Below, piece by piece: positions 19,663 through 29,265 of a stretch of 54,120 nt of DNA. The notes under the pieces are model-generated. The model was not told where the DNA came from. It worked only from the letters and a program-made list of their open reading frames with translations, and ran no database searches. Numbering within the stretch: the first letter of the stretch is position 1; each line of letters begins with the position of its first letter. The stretch spans positions 62,001 to 116,120 of IMG/VR virus record IMGVR_UViG_3300042559_001567; one strand, given 5' to 3'. A program made the translations under genes and the position numbers. The DNA is from an uncultured virus (IMG/VR IMGVR_UViG_3300042559_001567). Its lineage: Duplodnaviria > Heunggongvirae > Uroviricota > Caudoviricetes.

Positions 19663-21492
19663 ATGGGAAAAAAGATATCATACGCAACCAGAGATTTTGC
19701 GGGACTTAGACAAGAATTAGTAAATTTAACAAAAGAATATTATCCTGATTTGGTTAAAAATACCAACGACGCATCAATATTCTCTGTATTGTTAGATTTA
19801 AACGCGGCAGTTGCAGATAACTTACACTTTCATATTGATAGGGTTTGGCAAGAAACAATGTTAGACTTTGCTCAACAAAGACAATCGTTATTTCATATTG
19901 CAAAAACTTATGGTATTAAAATACCCGGTAATAGACCATCCGTTTCTTTATGTGATTTTTCTATTAACGTGCCGGTAAGGGGAGATAAAGAGGATGATAG
20001 ATATTTGGGTGTTGTTAAAGCAGGTGCTCAGGTTTCAGGAGGAGGACAAATATTTGAAACGTTAGAAGATATTGATTTTTCTGACCCATTCAATAGTAGA
20101 GGAGAACCAAATAGACTTAAAATACCTAATTTTGATAATAATAATAGATTGATTTCATACACTATAACAAAAAGAGAACCCGTTGTTAACGGAGTTACAA
20201 GAATTTATAGAAGAGTAATTTCAGAATTAGATCAAAAACCATTTCTTAAACTTTACTTACCCGAACAAGATGTGTTAGGTGTAACATCTATTATTCATAA
20301 AGATGGAACCTCATTTGGGGCAAATCCATCATCTTCTGAATTTACAAACATTTCAAATAAATGGTATGAAGTAAAAACATTAATTCAAGATAAAGTTTTT
20401 ATACCAGACCCAACTGCAGCTTCAGATTCAGATAATTTTAAGGCGGGAAAATATCTCGATGTAAACAACAAATTTGTAACCGAATATACTCCCGAGGGTT
20501 ATTTTTCAATAACATTTGGTTCAGGAACTGTTAACCCATTAGATAATTTAGATAACTATATGAATGGTTCTTTAAAGGTTAATCTATCAACATATCTAAA
20601 TAATATGTCATTGGGTGCGGTACCAAAGGCCAACACCACAATATTCATCAAATATCGTATTGGCGGTGGTAAAGACTCGAATTTAGGGGTTAATATTATA
20701 ACAAGTGTAGATGACGTTGAATTTGAGGTTAATGGTCCAAATGAGAACTTTAATTCACAAGTTCAACAATCATTGAGAGTTACTAACGTAACTCCCGCAA
20801 TCGGTGGAGCTGACCAACCTACAATAGAAGAGTTAAGAAATATGGTATCTTATAATTTTTCCGCACAAGATAGAGCAGTAACTTTAAATGATTACAAATC
20901 ATTGATTGAGACAATGCCATCTACTTATGGTGCACCTGCTAAAGTAAATGTAATGGAAGAAGATAATAAGGTTAAGATTAAACTTTTATCATATGATGAA
21001 AATGGTAATTTAACTGATATTGTTTCTAACACATTGAAAAACAACATATTAAGTTATCTTTCTGAATATAGAATGATAAATGATTACATTGATATTACAA
21101 GTGGTCAGGTAATTGATTTAGGGTTAGAAATTGATTTAATTGTCGATAAGAACGAAAAAACAAGTGATATTTTAAGAACAACGATTCAAAATACAGTAGA
21201 ATTTTTCGCAATTGAAAAACGTAAAATGGGTGACCCATTATTCGTAGGAGATTTAATGAGAGAAATTGGTGCGGTTTCAGGAGTTGTAAATGTTGTCGAC
21301 GTTAGAGTTTTTAACAAAAAAGGTGGAAACTACTCAAGTTCTGAAGTTTCACAAGACGTAAATGCAACAACAGGATTAATAACACAAACTGATTTAACGA
21401 TATTCATGAAGTCCAATCAAATTTTCCAAATCAGATTCCCAAATGTAGATATCAAAGTGAGAACTAAATCTTTAGGAACGACTACATACTAA
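19663..21492 (+). CDS. Baseplate wedge subunit, T4 gp6 / baseplate J-like
   Basis: 'RDFAGLRQEL', 'ETMLDFAQQRQSLFHIAKTYG', 'YRIGGG...N', 'GGADQPTIEELR', 'QDRAVTLNDY'. Confidence 0.88.
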   Translation: MGKKISYATRDFAGLRQELVNLTKEYYPDLVKNTNDASIFSVLLDLNAAVADNLHFHIDRVWQETMLDFAQQRQSLFHIAKTYGIKIPGNRPSVSLCDFSINVPVRGDKEDDRYLGVVKAGAQVSGGGQIFETLEDIDFSDPFNSRGEPNRLKIPNFDNNNRLISYTITKREPVVNGVTRIYRRVISELDQKPFLKLYLPEQDVLGVTSIIHKDGTSFGANPSSSEFTNISNKWYEVKTLIQDKVFIPDPTAASDSDNFKAGKYLDVNNKFVTEYTPEGYFSITFGSGTVNPLDNLDNYMNGSLKVNLSTYLNNMSLGAVPKANTTIFIKYRIGGGKDSNLGVNIITSVDDVEFEVNGPNENFNSQVQQSLRVTNVTPAIGGADQPTIEELRNMVSYNFSAQDRAVTLNDYKSLIETMPSTYGAPAKVNVMEEDNKVKIKLLSYDENGNLTDIVSNTLKNNILSYLSEYRMINDYIDITSGQVIDLGLEIDLIVDKNEKTSDILRTTIQNTVEFFAIEKRKMGDPLFVGDLMREIGAVSGVVNVVDVRVFNKKGGNYSSSEVSQDVNATTGLITQTDLTIFMKSNQIFQIRFPNVDIKVRTKSLGTTTY

Positions 21493-21532
21493 AATGTTTT
21501 TTCGTTATAATAGTAGAAAATCTCATGCTTTC

Positions 21533-21540
21533 TATTTATT
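21533..21540 (+). promoter_or_regulatory. TATTTATT candidate late-promoter motif
   Basis: Intergenic, 9 nt before ATG 21550. Recurrent motif. Confidence 0.4.
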
Positions 21541-21549
21541 ATAAGAACA

Positions 21550-24500
21550 ATGCAAAAACATAGAATTTCAACAAATATTGGAAAAGACCAAAGGGTTACG
21601 GTTGAGTTAAAACAAGACTACGACTTATTGGAGGTTTTATCATTAAAATTTACCCAACAACAGGCATATACATCGTTATGCTCGGATTATGGAGTGGTTT
21701 GTGGTAGAGTTACTGCAAATAATGGTTTAGGTATACCAAATGTTAAAGTATCGGTTTTTGTACCACAAAAAGACACAGATTCAACAGACCCCGTTATATC
21801 CGCTTTATATCCCTATACGTCAGTCGTAGATAAAAATGATGATGGATATCGTTATAATCTTTTACCATCAAGGAAACAACACGGAGGACATGTACCAACA
21901 GGTACATTTTTTGACCAACAAGAAATCTTATCAAGAGAGGAAGTTTTAGAAGTTTATGAAACTTATTACAATTATACTGTAAAAACCAATAGTGCTGGTG
22001 ACTTTATGATTTGGGGAGTTCCATTAGGTGAACAAACAATTCATGCTGAAGTTGACTTGTCAGATATGGGATGTTTTTCAATTAGACCATATGATTTTAT
22101 TAGACAAGGAATTGACGAAAAAAGATTTGATAGATTTTATAATTTTAAATCTGATGAAGATTTAGACGGGTTAGAACAAATTGTAGCATTTAATAAAAAA
22201 ATTGAGGTTTTTCCATTTTGGGGAAATCAAGATTTATGTGAAATAGGTATATCAAGAGTAGATTTTGACTTATCAGATAAAGGTGTTAAGGTAGAACCAA
22301 TTTCATTAATTTTAATCTCATCTGTAACAGATAGTGATTCAGATGCGGTTAAGAAAACTGGTGTTATTAGAACGAACACTGGATATAAATGTAATTTACA
22401 AACTAGTGGTGGTAAAATTGAAGGTGTAAGATATACAGGAAATAAAGTATATGGTTCAGATGGAACAACATTGTATCCTGAATTAGAGTATTTTAATCCG
22501 GGTGTTATTGAAGATGATGGTACAGCAATGGCTGTCATTCCAATGAATATGGAATATACCTTCACAAACGAATTTGGTGAAGAAGAAATTACAAACGACC
22601 GAAATAAAGGTATTCCAACAACAACAATTGCAAGACTTAGAATTGGTTTAGGTGAAGGAAATACCGAATCAACAAAGGGAACAACATCGGCACATTATTT
22701 AATACCACAAATTAGAGAATATAATAAAAATGCAAATGGTTCAAATAATTTAGGTGAGTATGATGAAGAATTATTAACAACTTATCAATTTTCAAATGTA
22801 TTTGAAGATTATTTAAATATCGCATGGCCAGCCGGTACAACTGGTTCAACAATGGCAACAACATTTGTTAATGACAAATTAAATGCAATGTTGGGGACAA
22901 ATAACGGAGGAGTTCCCGAAGACGTTTTCTATAAATTTATTTATGGTAAAGTTTACACACCAACGTCTTTTCAAGGGTCACATTATGAAGTTTCAACCGC
23001 CGAACAATTTTTTGGTTTATCAAGAAGAGATGCATTTTTAGGTATTAAACAAATTAGACCAAGTCAAGAAGATGATTGTACAGGTAATGCAAATTATATA
23101 CCAACAAACTTCGCATTTAGAAATAGAATTAAATTTAGTTTATTAATATCTTCTATTGTAACATTTATACAATTCGTTTTTGCAATCATCATTGTCAAAT
23201 TTTTTGAATTTATTGGTTCATTTTTATTTTCAGTAGGTCAAGGTCTATTCGGAATATATTTTGGATGGCCATTTAATTGGAGACCGTTTGCGAGAATTGG
23301 TGAACAATTTATGAGTGCGGCATATAGTATGCAAGATAAAGGAACAAAAGTACTTCCATTAACGGTTTATCCCGATTGTGAAGAGTGTTCTGAAGATACA
23401 TCAGCATTTGCCGATTTATCAACTGAATCTGAATATGCGTCTGTTGGAGAGATAAAATTAAAAGTAGTCGGTATTGGTCAAGGTGCTGGCTCGGTAATGT
23501 TAATACCAATAGAATTTAACACATCAACCACAAACGGTTCATCTTGGCTACAATCATTTTATCCAGATGCACAGGCAAGAGATTATAGTTCTGACACATC
23601 ATCACCACTATATAGTAACAATTTCCAATTAACAAACCCAACAAAGGCAACACAAAAAACAATATTAGAATATCTGAGCACTGCAAAAGTTATACCATTA
23701 CAAGGAGACATAAACGATAGTAGATTTATTGCGGATATGTATCCTTTGGTTGATGATACAATTATTCCGTACACAGTGCCTCCAGACAAAGCGGGTATAA
23801 CATCAATATCATTCTCAAATTTTATTTTAAACTTTAATAAGTCAAATAATGCTTTAGGTAATAAAAGTTATTTTAGAGCTGCTCAATTTAGAGATCATTG
23901 GAAAGCAACATTTTTGGGTCCAGATAAAGAAGATAGTTGGGAAGCATATGGTGCTTCAAATGGACCAACAAGACTAAGTAGTAAAATACAACAATGGACA
24001 AACGTTGTTGGTATTTGGAAAAACTATATGGAAGTGTTAGCATTTAGTCATGAGGAATGGACAAATCTATGTGGTGTTAACTATGCAGGATATGAGGGAG
24101 GACATAATGGAGTGGGTAATTTCGCAGATAGAGGAACTTTCGTTATCATGAGAATTTATGATAGAACAGTTAGAAAGAAAAATCCGGCTGACCAAATAAG
24201 AACAGAAATTGCAACAGAAGTAGGTTGTCAAAAATATGACAAAGCATATAATGAGGCATTATCATACAAATATTTGTGGGCAACACCAGATTCTTCATAT
24301 GGAGATTCACACTCACCAATAAACCCATCAACAGGATATGCCGCTGGTTTAGTCGAATCCTCAACACCTGTTGCTGGTTCTACAATTATGGCTGATATTA
24401 TTGCAGGTGGGGGTTCAGAAAGAATGCCGTACTTTAAAATATGGTCAAAAATTGGTAACAAATATTATGATAGAAAAACTAAATCGGGTTATTCAGAAAT

Positions 24501-25914
24501 AAGAGACGGTGTTTTTACAATTATACCCGTTATTCAAGGAGCATCAAAAAATATTGATTTATTAACAGAATGGTATAAAAGAAAAAGAGTTGGTTTATTT
24601 TTCTGTGGAGGAGTAACTAATTTTTCATTTATAGATAATTGGTTAAATGGGTTATTATATTTCTTTAAATTTGAATATAGGATTAAATGGGATAATCAAC
24701 AAGTTTTAGATTTAAATCAAAGAGGTTCAAAATTCCCAAGAGAATTGGTTTTTTATAATGTTTTACATAAAAAATTCTATTATAGGTCAACACCATATAA
24801 TCCAACAAGTGGATTTATTGGTCAACAATATAGTAACTACTTAGAATTGTTACACCCAACAACATTTTATGATGTAGGTGTTAGAGATGAATTTATGTAT
24901 GAAATTTGTTATGACCCAAGGATTGACCCAACCTGTTCTGTTGTTAGAGATTTAACCCCAACCACATACCAAGACCCAGCTAATATTATTGAACACGTTA
25001 TTAACTATAGAATGGATGTTTCAAACGCAAAATTTGATGTCGGTGATTTTTTTAGTGATTCAAGTTACAATTTTGGACAAGTATTGGATGGTGATATAAC
25101 TCAATTAATGTCTATTAATAATGAGGCGGGTATTGAGGCTTTTGATTTAGACTCATCAAAATACTTCATGTTCAATGGTGAATTCTTAGACCCTGAAGAC
25201 CCTTTAACAATAACTTATTTTACGGGAGGAACAGGAAATTATGGGCCAACACCTATTGATTTTAAATTAGATGATAACGGTAGATTTGTTAGATTATGTT
25301 TAAATAATAGATTGGGGGATTACTCACAAAAAGTTCCGTTCTTCTTGTGGGATAAAAAGGGTGAAGATTTTGGACCTTATACCGCGAATTCAGATAAACA
25401 AAGATGGGATAGAACTAAAATTGCAACCCAAAGAATCCAAAGGATTATATCAATATCTGGTGAAACCGAAACAAACACAAACTATTTGTTCCCTGACGGA
25501 GAAGAAGAGTTTTTATTATTACCAATGACTAAACAACATCCCACATACTCATATGATGGAAATTATACGGATATGATGGATAGGTTTGATAGAATAGAAA
25601 CAACGGCACCAACAGACCCTGCTTCAGGATATACGGAAGGTGACATATGGTTAGAAGTTTTAACAGGAGATGTTAAATCACCATCAACGGGAAACATTTA
25701 TATTGTTTCTGGACAAACTTGGTCATCACCAATAAGTTATGTACACAATAGTAAGGAATTATTTATTTTCGGAACTGCTAAAAATTATAGCGGTAATAAA
25801 CAAGTATTGTCTACAGGACTACAATTTTACTTTGGTATAAGACCGGGTAAATCTGCATTTGATAGACTAATAAAATATTACGGACCTAAAGGGGTGTTCC
25901 CACCAGCTGAATAA
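21550..25914 (+). CDS. Large putative virion protein with N-terminal carboxypeptidase-regulatory/transthyretin-like beta domain and an internal hydrophobic segment
   Basis: 'GVVCGRVTANNGLGIPNVKVSV...TNSAGDFMIWGVPLGEQTI' pattern; hydrophobic stretch at about 23134-23280; position within the baseplate cluster. Confidence 0.6.
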   Translation: MQKHRISTNIGKDQRVTVELKQDYDLLEVLSLKFTQQQAYTSLCSDYGVVCGRVTANNGLGIPNVKVSVFVPQKDTDSTDPVISALYPYTSVVDKNDDGYRYNLLPSRKQHGGHVPTGTFFDQQEILSREEVLEVYETYYNYTVKTNSAGDFMIWGVPLGEQTIHAEVDLSDMGCFSIRPYDFIRQGIDEKRFDRFYNFKSDEDLDGLEQIVAFNKKIEVFPFWGNQDLCEIGISRVDFDLSDKGVKVEPISLILISSVTDSDSDAVKKTGVIRTNTGYKCNLQTSGGKIEGVRYTGNKVYGSDGTTLYPELEYFNPGVIEDDGTAMAVIPMNMEYTFTNEFGEEEITNDRNKGIPTTTIARLRIGLGEGNTESTKGTTSAHYLIPQIREYNKNANGSNNLGEYDEELLTTYQFSNVFEDYLNIAWPAGTTGSTMATTFVNDKLNAMLGTNNGGVPEDVFYKFIYGKVYTPTSFQGSHYEVSTAEQFFGLSRRDAFLGIKQIRPSQEDDCTGNANYIPTNFAFRNRIKFSLLISSIVTFIQFVFAIIIVKFFEFIGSFLFSVGQGLFGIYFGWPFNWRPFARIGEQFMSAAYSMQDKGTKVLPLTVYPDCEECSEDTSAFADLSTESEYASVGEIKLKVVGIGQGAGSVMLIPIEFNTSTTNGSSWLQSFYPDAQARDYSSDTSSPLYSNNFQLTNPTKATQKTILEYLSTAKVIPLQGDINDSRFIADMYPLVDDTIIPYTVPPDKAGITSISFSNFILNFNKSNNALGNKSYFRAAQFRDHWKATFLGPDKEDSWEAYGASNGPTRLSSKIQQWTNVVGIWKNYMEVLAFSHEEWTNLCGVNYAGYEGGHNGVGNFADRGTFVIMRIYDRTVRKKNPADQIRTEIATEVGCQKYDKAYNEALSYKYLWATPDSSYGDSHSPINPSTGYAAGLVESSTPVAGSTIMADIIAGGGSERMPYFKIWSKIGNKYYDRKTKSGYSEIRDGVFTIIPVIQGASKNIDLLTEWYKRKRVGLFFCGGVTNFSFIDNWLNGLLYFFKFEYRIKWDNQQVLDLNQRGSKFPRELVFYNVLHKKFYYRSTPYNPTSGFIGQQYSNYLELLHPTTFYDVGVRDEFMYEICYDPRIDPTCSVVRDLTPTTYQDPANIIEHVINYRMDVSNAKFDVGDFFSDSSYNFGQVLDGDITQLMSINNEAGIEAFDLDSSKYFMFNGEFLDPEDPLTITYFTGGTGNYGPTPIDFKLDDNGRFVRLCLNNRLGDYSQKVPFFLWDKKGEDFGPYTANSDKQRWDRTKIATQRIQRIISISGETETNTNYLFPDGEEEFLLLPMTKQHPTYSYDGNYTDMMDRFDRIETTAPTDPASGYTEGDIWLEVLTGDVKSPSTGNIYIVSGQTWSSPISYVHNSKELFIFGTAKNYSGNKQVLSTGLQFYFGIRPGKSAFDRLIKYYGPKGVFPPAE

Positions 25915-27698
25915 TGGAAAATAAAAAAGAAATATTATTACCTAGTAAAAGGTACAAAAAGGCGGAAGAACAAGATTTAAATTTAAACATAGGTTTAGAG
26001 ACCTCACAAACTTTATTAAGAATTGGGGATAAGGATATTATTTTAGATATTGATAAACTATATGATAAAGAAAGAAATCAAAGTAACAAATATAAAATTT
26101 ATGGAAAACTTAAAATGGTTTTTCGTAACATGTATAGTGGAGATACTTCATATGATTATTTACAAGAGAGAGTTTATTTAAATGGAAGGGGAGATGGTTT
26201 GGATAACCCAACATTAGGGGGTTTTTTACCATATGATGAATTTGCATTTTTAAGACGAGATTTAAGAAGAAAAATAATGCCATCAAGTTCGATTAGTGGA
26301 GACACTTTAGGATATTACCCTGAAAATCTCGATTCGGTGTTAGTACTCACAGGATCAACCGATCACACAACAATTACACCTATTACAGCGCCATATCATA
26401 ATTGGAATCTCTATTTGAGTTATGTTTATTCTGGTGATACAAATTATCAAATGACATACACCTTAACTGGTGGAACTAAAATATCATTTAAAAGTGGTGA
26501 CGGAATACCATTTAGATTATCAAATACTTTTAATTCATATTATGAATTTACCGCACCTGTAGAACACGGAATGGCTTCTGGTGAATTCGTAACATTTTCA
26601 GGTACAACAATAACAGGAGAAGTTTCAGGAAGAACATATTATATTGACAGTGTTGGTAATGAAACATATAATTCTGAAAAATATGTAATTAACATATTGA
26701 AAAAAGAACTTAAGACCGCCACAACAATACCGACATTAGTTATCGGTAAAAGATGTATTGATAAAAATAATACAACGGGGTCAACATCACAATATTATGT
26801 ACATAAACATAAGTTACTTACAACAACTGGTGATTACATAATGGATAATATTGGATTCGAATCACCGATATGGGAAGAGGAGAAAAAAATATTATTTGAA
26901 AATGCGGTTGGTGCAAATGACACAATTGTTGAAAGAAATAGAATGGAATCTGTTCTATATGATTTCAAAGAACCTTTTGTTTTAACTGGATTAACAAACA
27001 ATTTAGGATATACACCAACAGAAGTTTATGTAACCACTTTATTTAGAAATGGAAATGGATATTTTAGTTATCCACCAAAAGTAGGACACAAGTTTAATTT
27101 CCACGACACTTGGATTGATGACCATTTTAATGGTACAACGTCTAACGAAAGTTCAATGGGTACGGGAACACCTTTTATTAGACAAGGTATAACATTTACA
27201 AGTGGAAATGAATTAACAAAAGGAACAGTATTAAATGGTGCATTTGTTGAATATAATAGAAAAGAATTAAAAGAAAGAATTATCTGTGAATCCTTTCAAA
27301 AATTAACAAACCCAACAACAATTTTTGATTATGGGCAAACTGGAAGTACAATTTTTGCAGGTTCTTCTGCAACAAATATGTTTGGATTATACTACCAACC
27401 ACATCACAGAGTTAAATTAAGAGAATTATCACCATATACTGAAAGTGCTAAAACTAAAGACATTTTTAATTTACCTGAAAACGCCAAGTACGATTCTGCC
27501 GAAGGTGTATGGAGATGGAGAGATTTATATGACCATGGATATGTCGATATTGATGGATATGGTACAAAGTTTCCATTTACAAACGGTATTCATTATGTAA
27601 AAAATGACATAAACTTCTATTTAAGAAATGAGAGATTCCACACAAATAAACAAGACGGAATTTCAAAATTCAAAAATAAAAAAATAACTGATTGTTAA
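25914..27698 (+). CDS. Putative virion structural protein (594 aa)
   Basis: TAATG-coupled to both neighbours and rich in [ST]GxT. Function not recognised. Confidence 0.65.
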   Translation: MENKKEILLPSKRYKKAEEQDLNLNIGLETSQTLLRIGDKDIILDIDKLYDKERNQSNKYKIYGKLKMVFRNMYSGDTSYDYLQERVYLNGRGDGLDNPTLGGFLPYDEFAFLRRDLRRKIMPSSSISGDTLGYYPENLDSVLVLTGSTDHTTITPITAPYHNWNLYLSYVYSGDTNYQMTYTLTGGTKISFKSGDGIPFRLSNTFNSYYEFTAPVEHGMASGEFVTFSGTTITGEVSGRTYYIDSVGNETYNSEKYVINILKKELKTATTIPTLVIGKRCIDKNNTTGSTSQYYVHKHKLLTTTGDYIMDNIGFESPIWEEEKKILFENAVGANDTIVERNRMESVLYDFKEPFVLTGLTNNLGYTPTEVYVTTLFRNGNGYFSYPPKVGHKFNFHDTWIDDHFNGTTSNESSMGTGTPFIRQGITFTSGNELTKGTVLNGAFVEYNRKELKERIICESFQKLTNPTTIFDYGQTGSTIFAGSSATNMFGLYYQPHHRVKLRELSPYTESAKTKDIFNLPENAKYDSAEGVWRWRDLYDHGYVDIDGYGTKFPFTNGIHYVKNDINFYLRNERFHTNKQDGISKFKNKKITDC

Positions 27699-29245
27699 TG
27701 AAAATATTAAGACAAAACACTGATTTAAATCTTGTATTGAACCACGAACTTGACTTCCAAATGAATTTGGGATGGCAAGAAAACATGGAACAATTTGAAG
27801 ATGAAGTGTTGAATGACATCATTAACCCAATTGACAATTATGAAACTGTTAGATATATTCATAAACCAGATGGTATTAGTGAATCTGATATATGGTTCTA
27901 TTTTTATTTTTCTAATAATGGAAATTATAGTAAGGGATTAGATTATAGTTTAGTTGGTATAGAACCCAAGGAAAATGCTAAAATGTTGAGACAATCAACA
28001 GAGAGTTTCTTTAGATTAGAGTTTTATAAAACACCAAATTTATTAGATGTTAATGGTAATGTAACAGGTTATACTGCACCGACAAGACAAAATAGAAAAT
28101 TAATATTCACAAAAAATTTAACATTACCGTTAGGTGAAAAATATTTTTATACACCATTACAAGAAAATATACACGTACCTGTTTTCCACGGTTCAAATTA
28201 TACAAACAAGGAAAACATGTATCTTTTTTGGTTTCAAGATGAGAGTGTTTTAGATGAAACTAATTTAAGTGGTACCACTACAGGTAATACTTTTTTTATG
28301 ACTGCTAAATTCTTTAATGCTAAAGATGGTTTAATAACGGATTTTTATAATGACGTATATGCAACATCTCGTGAAATTAAAGAGAATGAGGATATGTATT
28401 TTCAAGTTGATATAGATAAAAGAGATTATTCATATAAGATATATAAATTTAACGGAACGAAAGGTGCTCAAGTAGGAACAACAGCAACACCTATTAAATT
28501 TTATGAAAGTGGAGGAGGAACGATTACACCACCGTCATCACCAACACCAACAATGACTTTAACCCCAACACCAACACCAACGATAGGAATTGCATTATCT
28601 CCATCCCCAACTCCAACACCTTCTGCAACGCCAGTGAGTGGGACCGAATCTACTAATTCCTATTTTAAACTTAGACCATGTGAATTCCAAAACAGTGCCG
28701 GATATTTGGACGGTAATTACGATGTTTGGTCAATTAGCGTTTTATCAACTGCATTTAATAGTGGAGAAAGAGTTGAGGGGTCATCAGGATATTTTTATGT
28801 TATTGTTGGATCACAATCAGCCTCTTTAGGTGAACCTAGTAACACGTTATATACGGTAACAAAGGCAAAAACAATAATTAACGGAGAAGAAATACAACTT
28901 TATAATTGTGATTATGTTGCACCTCCAGTTATTAGAACACAAAAAATATTTGCATATACATTAAATAGCGGTTACCCAACCTCAACACAACTACAACAAT
29001 ATTGTAATCAATATCCACATGTTTTACAGGGCGCTGGTTATACACAATATGGACCTTTATATGTTAATGAGACATCTATTACACCACCAACAACATATAC
29101 ACTATGGGACTCAAATACGGGAGGACAAACATTTAATGGAAATGGTAAATTATATGCAATTTTATTACCAGGAAAATCTAAAATATCATATATAGCAACT
29201 ATTTCAGAGGTAGGAACAATAAGCGAATGGTCAAGTTGTTCCTAA
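27698..29245 (+). CDS. Putative virion protein with Pro/Thr linker and two C-terminal Cys-containing modules
   Basis: ATG at 27698 (TAATG overlap) is preferred over TTG 27692. PT linker at about 28525-28635; the C-terminal modules resemble those in 45553-49491. Confidence 0.65.
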   Translation: MKILRQNTDLNLVLNHELDFQMNLGWQENMEQFEDEVLNDIINPIDNYETVRYIHKPDGISESDIWFYFYFSNNGNYSKGLDYSLVGIEPKENAKMLRQSTESFFRLEFYKTPNLLDVNGNVTGYTAPTRQNRKLIFTKNLTLPLGEKYFYTPLQENIHVPVFHGSNYTNKENMYLFWFQDESVLDETNLSGTTTGNTFFMTAKFFNAKDGLITDFYNDVYATSREIKENEDMYFQVDIDKRDYSYKIYKFNGTKGAQVGTTATPIKFYESGGGTITPPSSPTPTMTLTPTPTPTIGIALSPSPTPTPSATPVSGTESTNSYFKLRPCEFQNSAGYLDGNYDVWSISVLSTAFNSGERVEGSSGYFYVIVGSQSASLGEPSNTLYTVTKAKTIINGEEIQLYNCDYVAPPVIRTQKIFAYTLNSGYPTSTQLQQYCNQYPHVLQGAGYTQYGPLYVNETSITPPTTYTLWDSNTGGQTFNGNGKLYAILLPGKSKISYIATISEVGTISEWSSCS

Positions 29246-29265
29246 TAATTAACTAATTATAATAA

